64,000 bases of DNA, taken from contig CAWUII010000001.1 in NCBI GenBank assembly GCA_963922575.1, positions 10,913-74,912 on the forward strand, in the 5' to 3' direction. The position numbers were made by a program, and so were the translations under genes. The notes beneath the pieces were generated by a model that searched no databases, was not told the origin of the DNA, and saw only the letters and a program-made list of their open reading frames with translations. This stretch comes from an uncultured Opitutia bacterium. Lineage in GTDB: Bacteria > Verrucomicrobiota > Verrucomicrobiia > Opitutales > Coraliomargaritaceae. Shown piece after piece: positions 19,918-29,995 of this stretch. Each line of letters starts with the position of its first letter. Position 1 is the stretch's first letter.

Positions 19918-20484
19918 ATGAGTATTCCCAATTATAAACCTTTTTTGCTTACATTTTGGTACAAGCCGGCGCGTTCGATGCGTCAATTGCTGGATTTGGG
20001 GCGTGGGCATTTTTATGCAATTGCCATTGCCGCGTTTTTTGGAGTGATCCAGTTCAGCCGTCTGTTTCCTGTCACATCCGAGGCTCTAGTTTTAAGCCTT
20101 ACAGCCTATGGCCTGGTCGGAATTGCCTTTCTCTTTTTACTGAGCTGGTTGATTTGTAATTTCGGGCGCTGGTTTGGTGTTGAGGCGATACAACGTGAGG
20201 TGCGTACCGCCCTGGCGCTTGGAATATTACCATGGACGATGATCTTTGCGATTGTGTCATTGCTACTACATCTAGGCTTTAGCTCCGAATCGATCGTTGC
20301 CGATTATTTTCCAGTTGTTCTGGGTACATTTATCTACGGATTCTATATTCTGCTCTTTTCCCTCAAAGCAGCGTTGCGCGTGGGTATGATAACGACTCTT
20401 CTGTGTTTGATAGTAACCACTGCACTAAGCTTCTTTCCGCTATTGCTCCTTGTGCAATTTCTGGCACGTTATCTGGACCAATAA
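19918..20484 (+). CDS. polytopic membrane protein (Yip1-like topology), function unknown
   Basis: Five hydrophobic helices. Trimmed from the ORF-track start 19888 (TTG) to the first ATG at 19918. Confidence 0.55.
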   Translation: MSIPNYKPFLLTFWYKPARSMRQLLDLGRGHFYAIAIAAFFGVIQFSRLFPVTSEALVLSLTAYGLVGIAFLFLLSWLICNFGRWFGVEAIQREVRTALALGILPWTMIFAIVSLLLHLGFSSESIVADYFPVVLGTFIYGFYILLFSLKAALRVGMITTLLCLIVTTALSFFPLLLLVQFLARYLDQ

Positions 20485-20491
20485 CTTTGCC

Positions 20492-22159
20492 ATGTTACAG
20501 TATCTTCAGATTAAAAATTTGGCGCTTCTAAAAGAGGTAACACTGGAATTTGATCCTGGTTTTACCGCTGTAACTGGTGAAACCGGTGCCGGCAAAAGCG
20601 TTTTGCTTGGGGCTTTAAGCCTCCTTTCAGGCGGGCGCGCTGACAAAACGATGATTCGACAGGGGGCTGATCAGCTTGAGTTAGCAGGTGCCATTTACTT
20701 TTCGGATTCAGTTGCAATTGATAGCCATTTGGAAGCTGCAGGATTGCCGCCTTGCGAAGAGGGAGTTCTGCTGTTGCAAAGACGTATCCATCGCGAAAAA
20801 ATGCCACGGATTCAGGTAAATGGCAGTATGGCTACACTGACGCAATTAAAAGCACTTGGCGAAGAATGGATTGATTTCCACGGACCAGGTGAACCACAAA
20901 AACTGTTTAAAGAACGCTGTCAGCTGGAAATGTTGGACCTCTATGCCGGCAATACAGAGCGTTTAGCCAGATACAGAGACAGTTACCGGCAATGGTGCGA
21001 AGTGCTTGAATCCATCGACCAATTGCAAAACAGTGAGCAATTAACGGATGACGAAAGTGACTTCCTGCGCGAACAGATCCGACAAATCGACAGCCTGGAG
21101 CTAAGCGAAGCTTCGGTAGAGGATCTGGAACGAAATCACGCGCGTGCGTCAAACGTCCAGGAATTTGTGTCGCTGGCATTTGAATGCTCTGAAGGTTTAA
21201 TGAGCGAACAAGGCTTATCGGATCAGCTAAACAAGATCACTGCCCGGTACGAAGCGCTGGCCGATTTGGATGATGACGCTGTCGCTCTATGGGAACGTAT
21301 CCGTAGCCTGTCAATTGAGTTACAGGACTTGGGTGAAGAAACCGAGCGGCTGGCTAGTAATTTCAACTTTGATGCCGATACGGTCGAACACATTACCGAA
21401 CAGATGAATCAGTGGCAGGAGATTCGACGCAAGCATGGTGGCAATGTCGAGGCAGTACTTGAGAAACGCGAAGTAATGGCCCGAAAACTTGCTACCCAAG
21501 GCGATGTTGATTCCCTGTTAAAGGAAAGACGGGTAGAAGTGGAAAAAATCGAAGGGTTGCTTCGGGCCAGTGCTGCTGAACTGCTCGCAATCCGTGAGGC
21601 AGCTGGCAAATTATTTGTTGATAAAGCAAAAAAGTTGCTGTTGGCTCTGGGATTTAAAGAGGCACAGCTTGAAGTTGCATTTATCAAAGAGCCAGAGCTA
21701 AAAGACTTTGGAGATAGTCGCTGCTCACTGCAATTTTCCCCAAACGCAGGGCAGGCACCGTTGCCGCTTAATAAGATAGCTTCAAGTGGTGAAATGGCCC
21801 GCGTGATGCTAGCGCTGAAAGCAGTCTTGGCGGAGGCAGATGCAACGCCACTGCTTGTCTTTGATGAAGTCGATGCAAATGTTGGCGGTGAAATAGGCCG
21901 ATCTGTTGGCCGGGAGCTCGCTAGACTGTCAGTGCGTCATCAAGTGTTTTGCGTGACCCATCTTCCACAGGTGGCATCACTGGCACAAAATCATTTTGTT
22001 GTTACAAAGTTTCAGGAAGATAATTCAACATCTATACTCATTGAATCCATCCACAAAGACGGTGACAAACGTCTAGATGAACTGGCACGCATGCTGGGTG
22101 ATCGCCAATCGAAGTCTGCAAAAGTACACGCGAAAGAGCTACTAGACAACTCTCTGTAA
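20492..22159 (+). CDS. recN: DNA repair protein RecN
   Basis: Canonical N-terminus MLQYLQIKNLALLKEV, Walker A GETGAGKS, long coiled coil, and C-terminal SGGEMARVMLAL and LVFDEVD. ORF-track start 20450 trimmed to 20492. Confidence 0.9.
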   Translation: MLQYLQIKNLALLKEVTLEFDPGFTAVTGETGAGKSVLLGALSLLSGGRADKTMIRQGADQLELAGAIYFSDSVAIDSHLEAAGLPPCEEGVLLLQRRIHREKMPRIQVNGSMATLTQLKALGEEWIDFHGPGEPQKLFKERCQLEMLDLYAGNTERLARYRDSYRQWCEVLESIDQLQNSEQLTDDESDFLREQIRQIDSLELSEASVEDLERNHARASNVQEFVSLAFECSEGLMSEQGLSDQLNKITARYEALADLDDDAVALWERIRSLSIELQDLGEETERLASNFNFDADTVEHITEQMNQWQEIRRKHGGNVEAVLEKREVMARKLATQGDVDSLLKERRVEVEKIEGLLRASAAELLAIREAAGKLFVDKAKKLLLALGFKEAQLEVAFIKEPELKDFGDSRCSLQFSPNAGQAPLPLNKIASSGEMARVMLALKAVLAEADATPLLVFDEVDANVGGEIGRSVGRELARLSVRHQVFCVTHLPQVASLAQNHFVVTKFQEDNSTSILIESIHKDGDKRLDELARMLGDRQSKSAKVHAKELLDNSL

Positions 22160-22207
22160 TGCCTTAGAGACGACACCTGTTAATATAATCTTAATCAGCG
22201 TTGAAGA

Positions 22208-22384
22208 CTATTGTTTTTTGTCTTCTTCTTTATTCTTATCCTTTGAGCTGCCCATTTGCCTCTTGGCGTTTGAAGCTTGATCACCGATTAGGGCAGTTCT
22301 TTGCATTCCTTGTCCGATCTTAGTAAGAAAACCCAAACGAAAGGTGCTTCCTATTGTCATTAATAATTGTGCAAGAGCTCTCAT
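22208..22384 (-). CDS. possible small protein (58 aa), unsupported beyond the ORF
   Basis: ATG...TAG ORF found by hand, below the ORF-track cutoff. It has an amphipathic N-terminus and a K/E-rich tail; no clear RBS. Confidence 0.2.
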   Translation of the reverse strand: MRALAQLLMTIGSTFRLGFLTKIGQGMQRTALIGDQASNAKRQMGSSKDKNKEEDKKQ

Positions 22385-22468
22385 TTTTGTGTTTTAGTTA
22401 AGTAATTAAATATTTTCATTATCAAAAGACATAAATCATTTTTTAGTCAAATACATATTTTTATTTAA

Positions 22469-23140
22469 ATGAGTGCTATTAAGAATCTAATCCGAACAGT
22501 TTCGGCATTACGTGATCCGGAAACTGGTTGCCCCTGGGATCTCGAGCAAAATCACCAGTCGATTGCCGACTGCCTGATCGACGAGTGTTGCGAACTTTTG
22601 CAGACAATTGATCGCCTGGATATGGATCATATGCAGGAAGAACTCGGCGATGTTCTACTGCAGGTCGTGATGCATGCTCAGATGGCCAAAGAGGCCGGGT
22701 ATTTCGATTTTGATGCTGTTTGTGAACTGGTGGATGGAAAACTTATTACCCGTCACCCGCACGTTTTTGGAGACAAGAACACTCAAAAAAGCGTTAAAGA
22801 TTCAGATGCGGTGCTGGAGCAATGGGATGCCATCAAGGCAAAAGAGAAAAAGCGCGGTCCGGAGCAAACCGGCCTTTTCAAAGATTTACCGAATCAACTT
22901 CCGGCGTTGTTATTTGCGAGAAATGTTTTCAAGCAATTGCGAAAGCTGGATCTGGAAACAGCAGCGTTGGTTGATAATGACAGAATTGAAAAAAAATCAG
23001 AAAACCTGAACGAGATGGATGTCGGCAAAGAATTGTTTGAAATCGCTGCAGCCTGTCGGCTCAGCGGGATCGACCCGGAGTCGGCCTTGAGGCGTCATGC
23101 TCAGAAAATCGTAGATGAGTTCGAGAGGAAACGAGTCTAG
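22469..23140 (+). CDS. mazG: nucleoside triphosphate pyrophosphohydrolase MazG
   Basis: ETGCPWDLEQNHQS, EELGDVLLQV and ITRHPHVFG motifs. Confidence 0.85.
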   Translation: MSAIKNLIRTVSALRDPETGCPWDLEQNHQSIADCLIDECCELLQTIDRLDMDHMQEELGDVLLQVVMHAQMAKEAGYFDFDAVCELVDGKLITRHPHVFGDKNTQKSVKDSDAVLEQWDAIKAKEKKRGPEQTGLFKDLPNQLPALLFARNVFKQLRKLDLETAALVDNDRIEKKSENLNEMDVGKELFEIAAACRLSGIDPESALRRHAQKIVDEFERKRV

Positions 23141-23158
23141 ACAGCTCAATGCTTAACC

Positions 23159-23887
23159 ATGCTTGTTCCTGATTGTATTGAGATTGGTGGCCGGACGGTG
23201 CCTCTTATAGTGCGTTTTCGTAAAGAAGCATGCTACATGCGGCTGCGGCTAAATTACAGAAATCAAGTCATTGTCTCAGCTCCAGCGCATCTTTCCGACA
23301 ATCAGGTACTGTCATTCCTGAAAAGTAAATATTCATGGCTGGAGCGGCAAATGGCAGCCACGCCCGAGGTTACCGATTTAAGCGATTGGCTCAGGATATA
23401 TCCACTCCTATCGGCCAGCGGAGATCGTTTTCATGCTTGTTTGCGATCGGAGGATTGTCGACGAGCACATTATCGGTTTGAAGAGGAAGGGCCAACGGTT
23501 GTTTTTTGTATCCCCAAAAACAGTGAAAAGCCAAAGTACGCACTGCTGAATTTGGTTAGGCTCTTTGCAAAAGACGCACTTGCCTGTCGGCTGAATGACC
23601 TGGCGCGTCAGTTGAACCTGACATTTACCCGATTGACCGTGCGCGATCAGACAAGTCGCTGGGGGTCTTGCTCAATCAAGCGTAGTCTTTCGCTCAACTG
23701 GCGCCTGGTTTTACTGGAACCGGAATTGCAGGATTACGTCATTCTGCACGAACTCGCGCACCTTACCGAAATGAACCATTCGAAACATTTCTGGGACTTG
23801 CTGGATAGCTATGATCCGCTTCGCCGGGAGCATGAGTCCGCTCTAAAAGAAGTGTCTAATAAAATCATGCGCATCGGACGATGTTGA
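23159..23887 (+). CDS. YgjP-like metal-dependent hydrolase (DUF45/M48 superfamily)
   Basis: HExxH in ILHELAHLTEMNHSKHFW preceded by SRWGSCS, typical of YgjP/DUF45. Confidence 0.8.
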   Translation: MLVPDCIEIGGRTVPLIVRFRKEACYMRLRLNYRNQVIVSAPAHLSDNQVLSFLKSKYSWLERQMAATPEVTDLSDWLRIYPLLSASGDRFHACLRSEDCRRAHYRFEEEGPTVVFCIPKNSEKPKYALLNLVRLFAKDALACRLNDLARQLNLTFTRLTVRDQTSRWGSCSIKRSLSLNWRLVLLEPELQDYVILHELAHLTEMNHSKHFWDLLDSYDPLRREHESALKEVSNKIMRIGRC

Positions 23888-23930
23888 GGTTGATCCTAAG
23901 CCGGCAAAGCCGGAACCAATACAGAACGGC

Positions 23931-23966
23931 CGAACATCGAAATTTGAACATCGAAATTTGAATAAC
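23931..23966. repeat. GAAC-heptad family repeat, solo copy (14-nt unit gaacatcgaaattt x2.3)
   Basis: cgaacatcgaaatttgaacatcgaaatttgaataac, in the intergenic region after the YgjP-like gene. Confidence 0.7.
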
Positions 23967-24064
23967 TGACGCTGTTGGCTCACACGCGGCCACAAAGATA
24001 AAGCTCTGTGCCCTTGTGCTTCCGCGTGAGTGATTTCAAATGCTGACTTTGGGTTGATGGAGAC

Positions 24065-24544
24065 CTATCTCAAATTAGTTTCAACTTTTTCAAAACGAAC
24101 ACCGATCATATTGTAATCAGCATATGTTCCCGGTTCGAACTGAGTATTCAGGGGTGGATTGAGCATGCGGCCTTCAGCGATCATGGTTAGCTCAATAGTA
24201 TGAAACCCTTCGGCGCTCAGTCGCACGGTGTAATATCCATCATCCAAGTTTTTAATGGGTACGAGATTGCGACTGATAGATAGGTTGTCGACTGAGTAGG
24301 GGACGCTTCCGTCGGGTGCAATGAAATCAATGTGGGCACCGGGTCCCTTTTTGCCATATTTCAGAAAATCAATGGTATTTTCGTTCGAATAACGAATGCC
24401 AACGTGCAGTACCCCCGGAGATTTCTCAGTCGCCTTGGGTCCCAAATAAATGAACATGCTTCCAACGATACCCGTCAGCACAATCAGACAAACGACGATG
24501 TAAGGCCCGGGGATATCAAGATTTTCTTCTTTATTGGATTTCAT
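24065..24544 (-). CDS. single-pass membrane protein with Ig/PEGA-like beta domain, function unknown
   Basis: N-terminal helix YIVVCLIVLTGIVGSMFIYL. C-terminal GYYTVRLSAEGFHTIELTM resembles PEGA-type strands. Confidence 0.55.
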   Translation of the reverse strand: MKSNKEENLDIPGPYIVVCLIVLTGIVGSMFIYLGPKATEKSPGVLHVGIRYSNENTIDFLKYGKKGPGAHIDFIAPDGSVPYSVDNLSISRNLVPIKNLDDGYYTVRLSAEGFHTIELTMIAEGRMLNPPLNTQFEPGTYADYNMIGVRFEKVETNLR

Positions 24545-24809
24545 TACAAATTATTGAGTAAACCTGAACTTGGAATCTAGAAGTTGATTTGTGTCAATTA
24601 GTCGGGCGTGATTTCAATTTGTAACAATTGCATGGCTACAACTTTTTTTAAAAACAAGGGAAATAGTTATCAAGCTACCTTGCCACCAAGGAACTCCATA
24701 AGACACTCTTTTTTGTCATTGCTTTCTTTTCGCATCTCTAAAGCATGCCCCACTTCAAATTTCTATCAGACTAAGAAAACCAACCAATAAGGAGTTCCCA
24801 AAGATACTT

Positions 24810-26267
24810 ATGAAATTAAAATTACTTTTCCGTTTGTTGCTTTGTAGCCAGTTGCTTATCTCCAGCACATTTTTAAGTGCACAGGAAACATCCTTAGCTG
24901 AGGGTGCAACTGGCGCTGCCAAGGACGTGCAACTTGACTTAGACAAAGTAGTTGCTTCAGCAGCAACCGAGGTCGAAGCCGTTGATTCCAAGACATTTGA
25001 AGAGGGCTATGCGTTGTTTATGGAAACACCGGGCGCCGATTTCTTTACCGTCAGTAACCTGTGGCTCTTGATTGCGGCAGCGTTGGTTTTCATCATGCAC
25101 CTGGGATTTGCGACGGTTGAGTCGGGTCTTAGCCAGTCGAAAAATACAGTTAATATTCTATTCAAGAATGTCTTTATAATAAGTATGGGGCTAATTACTT
25201 ATGCACTCTGGGGATTTAACGCAATGTATCCGGGCGAGTGGGCTGTCGATGGAATATTTGCGCTTGGTTCCTGGTTTGATGAGGATGGTGCAACGGTCGG
25301 GTTGATGACGGCTGAATACAACAACTATACGTGGTACACGGACTTTATTTTTCAGGCGATGTTTGCCGCAACTGCAGCGACGATTGTTTCCGGTGCTGTC
25401 GCAGAGCGGGTCAAGCTTTCCTCATTTATGATTTTTGCGACCTTGCTGGTCACTTTTGCCTACCCACTCACAGGTTCCTGGAAATGGGGTGCTGGCTGGC
25501 TGGATGCAAGAGGGTTTTACGATTTTGCAGGTTCGACGCTCGTCCATGGGTTTGGCGGATTTGCTGCTCTGGCATGTGTTATGGTTCTAGGCCCACGCGC
25601 CGGTAAATACGTAAATGGTCAGATCAGGCCGATTTTGGGTCATAGCATGCCACTTGCCACAATTGGTGTTTTTTTGCTGTTTCTAGGATGGTTTGGATTT
25701 AACGGTGGCTCGGTTTTGAGCGCGGACCCTTATCTGGTTTCTTTGGTTTTTGTGACAACAGCTCTGTCTGCAGCGGCAGGTGGTCTTAGCTCAACCTTTA
25801 TTGCCTGGGGGTTTCTCAAAAAACCGGACCTGTCGATGGCACTCAATGGCATCCTTGCCGGCTTGGTTGGCATTACTGCCGGAGCTGATGTGATCGCTCC
25901 TAGTTATGCAATACTGACAGGCCTCATTGCAGGCGCTTTGGTGGTTTTCTCGATCATATTGCTGGATAGAAACAAGATTGACGACCCTGTCGGAGCGATA
26001 TCAGTCCACGGTGTTTGTGGTGTTTTTGGTACTTTGGCCGTTGCGTTTTTTGGCAATTGCGAGGATGGTGTCGGTGGATTTGGCATCCAGTTGATCGGTG
26101 CCCTTGCAGTCGGTGCAGCAGCTTTCGTCTTCTCTTTTATTGTTTTCGGAGCACTTAAACTTTCACCAATGGGCGTTCGTGTTTCACCGGAAGAGGAAGC
26201 TGAAGGTCTCGACGTCGGTGAACATGGTCAGGAGGCGTATCCTGATTTTAGAAGTGCCTCGCGTTAA
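24810..26267 (+). CDS. amt: ammonium transporter (Amt family) with signal peptide
   Basis: 11 helices. Motifs DFAGSTLVHGFGGFAAL and GAISVHGVCGVFGTL (twin-His Amt signature). Followed by the PII gene. Confidence 0.92.
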   Translation: MKLKLLFRLLLCSQLLISSTFLSAQETSLAEGATGAAKDVQLDLDKVVASAATEVEAVDSKTFEEGYALFMETPGADFFTVSNLWLLIAAALVFIMHLGFATVESGLSQSKNTVNILFKNVFIISMGLITYALWGFNAMYPGEWAVDGIFALGSWFDEDGATVGLMTAEYNNYTWYTDFIFQAMFAATAATIVSGAVAERVKLSSFMIFATLLVTFAYPLTGSWKWGAGWLDARGFYDFAGSTLVHGFGGFAALACVMVLGPRAGKYVNGQIRPILGHSMPLATIGVFLLFLGWFGFNGGSVLSADPYLVSLVFVTTALSAAAGGLSSTFIAWGFLKKPDLSMALNGILAGLVGITAGADVIAPSYAILTGLIAGALVVFSIILLDRNKIDDPVGAISVHGVCGVFGTLAVAFFGNCEDGVGGFGIQLIGALAVGAAAFVFSFIVFGALKLSPMGVRVSPEEEAEGLDVGEHGQEAYPDFRSASR

Positions 26268-26301
26268 TAAAAATCCTAGCTATTTAAAATAAAACACTTA
26301 G

Positions 26302-26652
<351 letters not shown>

Positions 26653-26654
26653 GG

Positions 26655-26693
26655 GAACGTTGAACATCGAACTTTGAATATTCGAGATTCAAT
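26655..26693. repeat. GAAC-heptad family repeat, solo copy
   Basis: gaacgttgaacatcgaactttgaatattcgagattcaat, between the convergent glnK and argF stops. Confidence 0.7.
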
Positions 26694-26694
26694 T

Positions 26695-27642
26695 TTAGAT
26701 GTTCACAGCGTTTAGTTCGACTAGTTTGGCGATGATTGCCTTTTGGACATGGAGGCGGTTTTCGGCCTGGTCGAAGATTATGCTCCGTGAGCTGTCCAGT
26801 ACTTTCTGGCTGACTTCTTCGCCGGCGTGGGCAGGAAGACAGTGCATGAAGTAAGCGTCAGGTTTCGCCAGAGCCAGGATCTGTCTGTTGACTTGGTAGG
26901 GCGCCATTCGGTTGCGTCGTTTTTCCGCTTCGGCCTCATTGCCCATAGATATCCAGACGTCCGTGTAAATCACGTCAGCATCCTTGGCCGCTTCTTCAGG
27001 GTTTTCGGTGTAGATGAAATTGACTGGCAGGTTGTCCGCCTTGAGCTGATCGATAATAGCCTGCTTGGGTTCAAAACCCTTCGGGCCGGATACTGCAATC
27101 TCCATGCCGAACAACGCAGCTGTGAGAATCCAGGAGTTGGCCATGTTGCAGGCGCTGTCACCAAGGAAGGCTACTTTCTTTCCTTTAAGCGATTCGATGC
27201 CAATGGATTCAGGCGAGTAACGCTCGAGGAGCGTGAAGATATCTGCGTACAGCTGGCAGGGGTGATTAAAGTCGGTCAGTCCGTTGATAATTGGGATTGT
27301 TGCATGTCGAGCAAAGTCTTCGACGATGGAATGTTCAAAAGTCCGAATGACAAGACCATGCAAATAACGCGACAATACCTTGGCGCTGTCAGCGGTTGGT
27401 TCACCTCGTCCGATCTGCGTCTGTTTTGCATTCAGCACGACAGGATGTCCGCCCAGTTCGTGAATGCCAACTTCGAAGGAGACACGTGTACGCGTGCTGC
27501 TTTTGTAAAATAGAAGGCCCCAGGATTCTTTATCCAAGATGTTGGGTGTGCTTCGGCGATCCTTTTTGAAGGATTGTGCGAGTGAGAAGACAGACTGTGC
27601 CTGTTCGAGTGTAAAATCAGTGGCTTTCAGAAAGTGATGCAT
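26695..27642 (-). CDS. argF: ornithine carbamoyltransferase
   Basis: STRTRVSFE, HPCQLYAD and HCLPAH motifs. Confidence 0.9.
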   Translation of the reverse strand: MHHFLKATDFTLEQAQSVFSLAQSFKKDRRSTPNILDKESWGLLFYKSSTRTRVSFEVGIHELGGHPVVLNAKQTQIGRGEPTADSAKVLSRYLHGLVIRTFEHSIVEDFARHATIPIINGLTDFNHPCQLYADIFTLLERYSPESIGIESLKGKKVAFLGDSACNMANSWILTAALFGMEIAVSGPKGFEPKQAIIDQLKADNLPVNFIYTENPEEAAKDADVIYTDVWISMGNEAEAEKRRNRMAPYQVNRQILALAKPDAYFMHCLPAHAGEEVSQKVLDSSRSIIFDQAENRLHVQKAIIAKLVELNAVNI

Positions 27643-27654
27643 ACTTTGAGAGTG

Positions 27655-27689
27655 TCGAACATTGAACGTTGAACTTCGAACATTGAATG
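27655..27689. repeat. GAAC-heptad family repeat in the argD-argF intercistronic gap
   Basis: tcgaacattgaacgttgaacttcgaacattgaatg, followed by a gaaatttgagt direct duplication. Confidence 0.7.
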
Positions 27690-27750
27690 AAAAGACGTTG
27701 AAATTTGAGTTTTAGATTTAGAAATTTGAGTGTTTTAAGGGATTCGATCT

Positions 27751-28938
27751 TTAGCGTTCGATGTCCCCAAAGACTTCTTCAAGAATCTGAACGCTTTTGG
27801 TGAGATCTTCCGGAGTGGCGATCAGGGCTGGCAACAGGCGTATGGTATTATGTCCCGCAGGAACAATGAGCAGACCTTTTTCTTTGGCCGCGGCTGTAAC
27901 TGCCAGCCGGTCGGCGTGAAGTTCCAGGCCAACCATGTAACCAATGCCTCGCATACCGGCAATATGTTGTGGATACTTATTGATCAGGTGGTGCAGTTCC
28001 TTATGCCAGAGCACGCTGTTGGCCGTCACCTTTTTAAGGAGCTGCTCTGACTCGATAATGTCGAGTGTAGCATTTGCAGCAGCACAGGCCAACGGACTGC
28101 CACCAAAGGTCGTGCCGTGGGATCCGGGCTGAAACAGATCTGCGTAGGGCTCCGCCACCCAGATCGCGCCAATCGGATAGCCGGAGCCGAGTCCTTTTGC
28201 CATGCCGATTGCATCCGGGTGGACGCCACTGTTTTCGAAAGCAAAGAAGTTGCCGGTACGACCGACCCCGCATTGCACCTCGTCGAGCATGAGAAGGACA
28301 TTTCGCTCGGTGCAGAGCGCTCTTAGCTCTTTGAGGAAGGTCGGCTCCGCAGGAAAAATGCCACCTTCGCCTTGAATCGATTCGATAAATACTGCAGCGA
28401 CCGAGTCGTCGATTAATTGTTCGAAGGTCTCGATGTTATTGATCTGACCAAACCGGAACCCATCGAGCATGGGGCGAAACCCACCCTGAATTTTCTCCTG
28501 AGGCGTTGCTGCCATGCCTCCAAAGGTGCGGCCATGAAATGCATTTTCGGCGGAGACAACTATATAGCGCTGGCCTTCCTTGCCAGCGGAAAGTTTTTGG
28601 CCATGCAGGCGTGCGAGCTTGATCAGGGCCTCGTTGGACTCGGCGCCGCTGTTGCAAAACAAGACACGGCCCGGGCCTGCTTTTTCAACCAAGCGGTCGG
28701 CCAGCTTTTGCTGTCCGGGGATGCCGTAAAGGTTGCTGCAGTGTACCAGTTTAGCAGCCTGGTACTGAACCGCCTTGACCCACTTCGGGTGGGAATGACC
28801 AACAGCGGTAACGGCTATTCCACTACCAAAGTCGAGATAGGCCTTTTTTTCAGAGTCGTAGAGATACATACCCTTTCCCTGCTCGGCATTGAATGCCGGT
28901 GGGCCATAGTTTTTCATGAGAGAAGGGTGATGCTGCAT
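27751..28938 (-). CDS. argD: acetylornithine aminotransferase
   Basis: Class III aminotransferase: DEVQCGVGRTG and PLP-Lys region MAKGLGSGYPIG; within the arg operon. Confidence 0.9.
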   Translation of the reverse strand: MQHHPSLMKNYGPPAFNAEQGKGMYLYDSEKKAYLDFGSGIAVTAVGHSHPKWVKAVQYQAAKLVHCSNLYGIPGQQKLADRLVEKAGPGRVLFCNSGAESNEALIKLARLHGQKLSAGKEGQRYIVVSAENAFHGRTFGGMAATPQEKIQGGFRPMLDGFRFGQINNIETFEQLIDDSVAAVFIESIQGEGGIFPAEPTFLKELRALCTERNVLLMLDEVQCGVGRTGNFFAFENSGVHPDAIGMAKGLGSGYPIGAIWVAEPYADLFQPGSHGTTFGGSPLACAAANATLDIIESEQLLKKVTANSVLWHKELHHLINKYPQHIAGMRGIGYMVGLELHADRLAVTAAAKEKGLLIVPAGHNTIRLLPALIATPEDLTKSVQILEEVFGDIER

Positions 28939-28944
28939 AGTAAA

Positions 28945-29835
28945 TCAGTCGTGAATGATTTCGGTACCGATGCCTTCGTCGGTAAAAATTTCCAGAAGAA
29001 GGCTGTGAGGTGTTTCTCCGTGGACAAAGTGAACACGGAACACGCCGCCTTTAAGCGCTTCAACAGCACTATCGGTTTTCGGGATCATGCCTTTGCTGAT
29101 GATACCTTTATTGACTAAAGTGCTAACGTCTCGGGCTTTCAATGAAGAAATGAGCGATTCCGGTTTGTCGACATCGTGCATCAGGCCCGGCACATCGCAG
29201 AGATAAACCAGGCGACGTGCCTGGAGTGCGGCGGCAATTTTGCCTGCGGCGGCATCGGCGTTGGTATTGTAGATTTGACCGTTCTTGTCACAGGCGATCG
29301 GCGAAATGACTGGTATGCACCCATCGTCAAGCGCGTAGGTTATGGATTCAGTGTTTACCGTATGAGTTTCTCCAACGTAGCCGATGTCTATTATTTCCCC
29401 GTCAATTACGACTTTTTTTGGATCGCAAAGCAGTATGCTGTTTCCGGGGAGTCCTACTGGTAGCGTTTTCTGTTTTTTAAGGAGCTCACAAATACTCGGA
29501 TTGACAACTTCATTGAGCGTATGTTCGACAATTTTAACAGTGTCTTTGTCAGTCACGCGCAGTCCATGCTCAAATCGTGTGGGTATATCGGACTCAGCCA
29601 GCGCGCGAGTGATCGCATTTCCACCGCCATGCACGATAACGACCTTAATTCCAACGGCAGAGAGAAGAGCAATGTCGGTAGCAACACGAGTCCGTACAGT
29701 GGGATCGGCACTGTCCATGAAAGCCCCGCCGTATTTGACAACAAATATGGCATCGCGGAATTGCTGTATGTAGGGCAGTGCCTCCAGCAGTACGGCGGCC
29801 TTTGTCGTTACATCCAGATGTGAAGTGTCAGTCAT
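28945..29835 (-). CDS. argB: acetylglutamate kinase
   Basis: VVKYGGAFM, VIVHGGG and NTNADAAAG motifs. Start trimmed to the ATG at 29835, because the ORF-track ATG at 29853 lies inside the repeat element. Confidence 0.88.
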   Translation of the reverse strand: MTDTSHLDVTTKAAVLLEALPYIQQFRDAIFVVKYGGAFMDSADPTVRTRVATDIALLSAVGIKVVIVHGGGNAITRALAESDIPTRFEHGLRVTDKDTVKIVEHTLNEVVNPSICELLKKQKTLPVGLPGNSILLCDPKKVVIDGEIIDIGYVGETHTVNTESITYALDDGCIPVISPIACDKNGQIYNTNADAAAGKIAAALQARRLVYLCDVPGLMHDVDKPESLISSLKARDVSTLVNKGIISKGMIPKTDSAVEALKGGVFRVHFVHGETPHSLLLEIFTDEGIGTEIIHD

Positions 29836-29838
29836 GAT

Positions 29839-29994
29839 GAACTCTTCGAACATTGAACGTCGAACGTTGAACGTTGAACGTTGAATGGTTAGAAATAGTG
29901 AAAGGTTGGAAGAAGTGAAAATTTAAAAAGAGCATTCTCATTAGTTATTTAAAATTCAATGTTCGACGTTCGACGTTCAATGTTCGACGAGTTC
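29839..29994. mobile_element. MITE/REP-like palindromic element with 29-bp terminal inverted repeats built of GAACRTY heptads
   Basis: 29839-29867 is gaactcttcgaacattgaacgtcgaacgt. The reverse complement of 29966-29994 is gaactcgtcgaacattgaacgtcgaacgt (1 mismatch). No ORF. It fills the argJ-argB gap. Confidence 0.6.
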
Positions 29995-29995
29995 T

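Noticed and set aside
20450-20491. ORF-track N-terminal extensions for recN (20450), rpsM (61149), the ATPase (35061), argB (29853), map (60356) and the membrane protein (19888).
   Set aside because: In each case an internal ATG gives the canonical family N-terminus or avoids overlap with an upstream gene or repeat. The extensions have no homology-like features.
26670-26693. TTGAAT-N7-ATTCAA palindrome next to argF, considered as a possible ArgR ARG box.
   Set aside because: The spacing does not fit the 18-bp ARG-box consensus. The sequence is also part of the dispersed heptad repeat that occurs at non-arg loci (YgjP-like gene, sucD/serS).
26827-27513. 228-aa plus-strand ORF antisense to argF. 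The same pattern is seen at 28417-29118 (antisense to argD/argB), 30183-30902 (argJ), 44798-45346 (sucD), 10810-11355 (SNF2 gene), 39843-40493 and 36492-37016.
   Set aside because: Each lies wholly inside a gene with strong family motifs on the other strand. Their products are low-complexity R/S/A-rich with no motifs. These are typical shadow ORFs.
29846-29989. Tandem short repeats considered as a CRISPR array, and GTTCGA strings considered as tRNA T-arm remnants.
   Set aside because: The units are 7 nt with no spacers and no cas genes. No cloverleaf can be drawn around the GTTCGA strings.
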